Below, piece by piece: positions 52,725-53,175 of a stretch of DNA of 53,175 nt; within the stretch, counting starts at the first letter, position 1, and each line of letters begins with the position of its first letter. The notes under the pieces were generated by a model. That model made no database searches and was not told the origin of the DNA. It was given only the letters and a program-made list of their open reading frames with translations. The stretch comes from an uncultured Spirochaetaceae bacterium. Lineage in GTDB: Bacteria > Spirochaetota > Spirochaetia > SZUA-6 > Bin103. The stretch is from NCBI GenBank assembly GCA_964618015.1, contig CAZTZA010000001.1:1-53175 (forward strand), read 5' to 3'. Position numbers and translations under genes: made by a program.

Positions 52725-53175
52725 ATGGATTTGCACGAATATCAAGCGAAAGCGCGGTTTGCTCAGTACGGAATACCCGTGGCCCGTGGTCTTGTAGTTG
52801 AAACGATATCGGAGGCAGAACGAGCGGCTGTCAGCCTTAAACTGCCAGTAGTTGTCAAGGCTCAGGTGTTGATTGGCGGGCGAGGTAAGGCCGGTGGAAT
52901 TAGGCTTTGCCGGTCCGAAGAGGAGGTGCGTAATGCTGCGAGCGCCATCCTTGGGATGGAGATCCGCGGCCATACGGTGAACACTCTGCTGGTCGATTCT
53001 GCTGCAAAGATTGAGAGCGAACTGTACTTGGCGGTGACCGATGACCGCGCTAAACGCCAACCGGTGATAATGGCTAGTGCTTCTGGTGGTATGGAGATCG
53101 AGGCGGTAAACCGAGAGACTCCTGAGTTGATCCTTAGGCATCACATAGATCCGCAGATAGGGCTGCGTGACTACC
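52725..53175 (+). CDS. sucC: Succinyl-CoA synthetase (ADP-forming) beta subunit, 5' part; open at the right edge
   Basis: Absent from the track because there is no stop in the window. My translation from the ATG at 52725 gives MDLHEYQAKARFAQYGIPVARGLVVETISEAERAAVSLKLPVVVKAQVLIGGRGKAGGIRLC..., the classic SucC ATP-grasp N-terminus. Confidence 0.9.
   Translation, partial: MDLHEYQAKARFAQYGIPVARGLVVETISEAERAAVSLKLPVVVKAQVLIGGRGKAGGIRLCRSEEEVRNAASAILGMEIRGHTVNTLLVDSAAKIESELYLAVTDDRAKRQPVIMASASGGMEIEAVNRETPELILRHHIDPQIGLRDY

Noticed and set aside
52653-53144. 163-aa minus-strand ORF at the right edge
   Set aside because: The plus strand encodes an unmistakable SucC N-terminus (MDLHEYQAKARFAQYGIPV...VVKAQVLIGGRGKAGG) from 52725. 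The minus ORF is its antisense shadow.
1-53175. tRNA/rRNA genes, CRISPR arrays, IS elements, integrases, prophage or defence-system genes
   Set aside because: The scan found no T-arm/GGTTCGAATCC-type tRNA signatures outside coding context. The two partial hits at ~22861 and ~26981 lie inside well-supported genes. There are no regularly spaced repeats, no transposase/recombinase-like ORFs and no nuclease/ATPase defence modules.

Overview
This is a densely coding ~53 kb bacterial chromosomal segment. It is mid-GC by eye, with many GTG/TTG starts and 1-8 nt start/stop overlaps. All family calls come from motif recognition by eye on the supplied translations and my own translations; no database search was run.

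Layout:
- Left edge: korAB-type 2-oxoacid:ferredoxin oxidoreductase. korB is cut by the left edge and is absent from the ORF track.
- ~4.2-34.5 kb: a large Wzx/Wzy-type surface-polysaccharide locus. It holds Wzy-like, Wzx-like, Wzz/PCP-like and multi-SLBB Wza-like proteins, six GT-B glycosyltransferases and two sugar-nucleotide modules.
  - Module A looks like the WbpA/B/E/D/I route to UDP-2,3-diacetamido-2,3-dideoxy-mannuronate, but its hexapeptide acetyltransferase is a multi-frame wreck.
  - Module B is a tightly coupled operon: 4,6-dehydratase, E1alpha, E1beta (ThDP), DegT aminotransferase, nucleotidyltransferase, then a GT. No E2/E3 is present. This suggests a ThDP-dependent two-carbon branching step on an NDP-ketosugar feeding a cell-surface glycan, which I rate the most interesting signal.
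- ~33.6-43.1 kb: an atypical nucleotidyltransferase coupled to an M24 hydrolase, an esterase, an AKR, an MFS transporter coupled to a stand-alone AICARFT-domain PurH-like protein, a DrrAB-type ABC-2 exporter and GAPDH.
- ~43.3-52.7 kb: an unusual operon of an orphan Mo-hydroxylase large subunit, AKR, GMC flavoprotein, GT1 and GT32. It converges on, and physically overlaps, an MMPL/HpnN-like RND lipid exporter, so it is a candidate glycolipid tailoring/export module.
- Right edge: the 5' part of sucC, open-ended and missed by the track.

I found no tRNA/rRNA, CRISPR array, transposase/integrase, recognisable defence genes or transcription factors.
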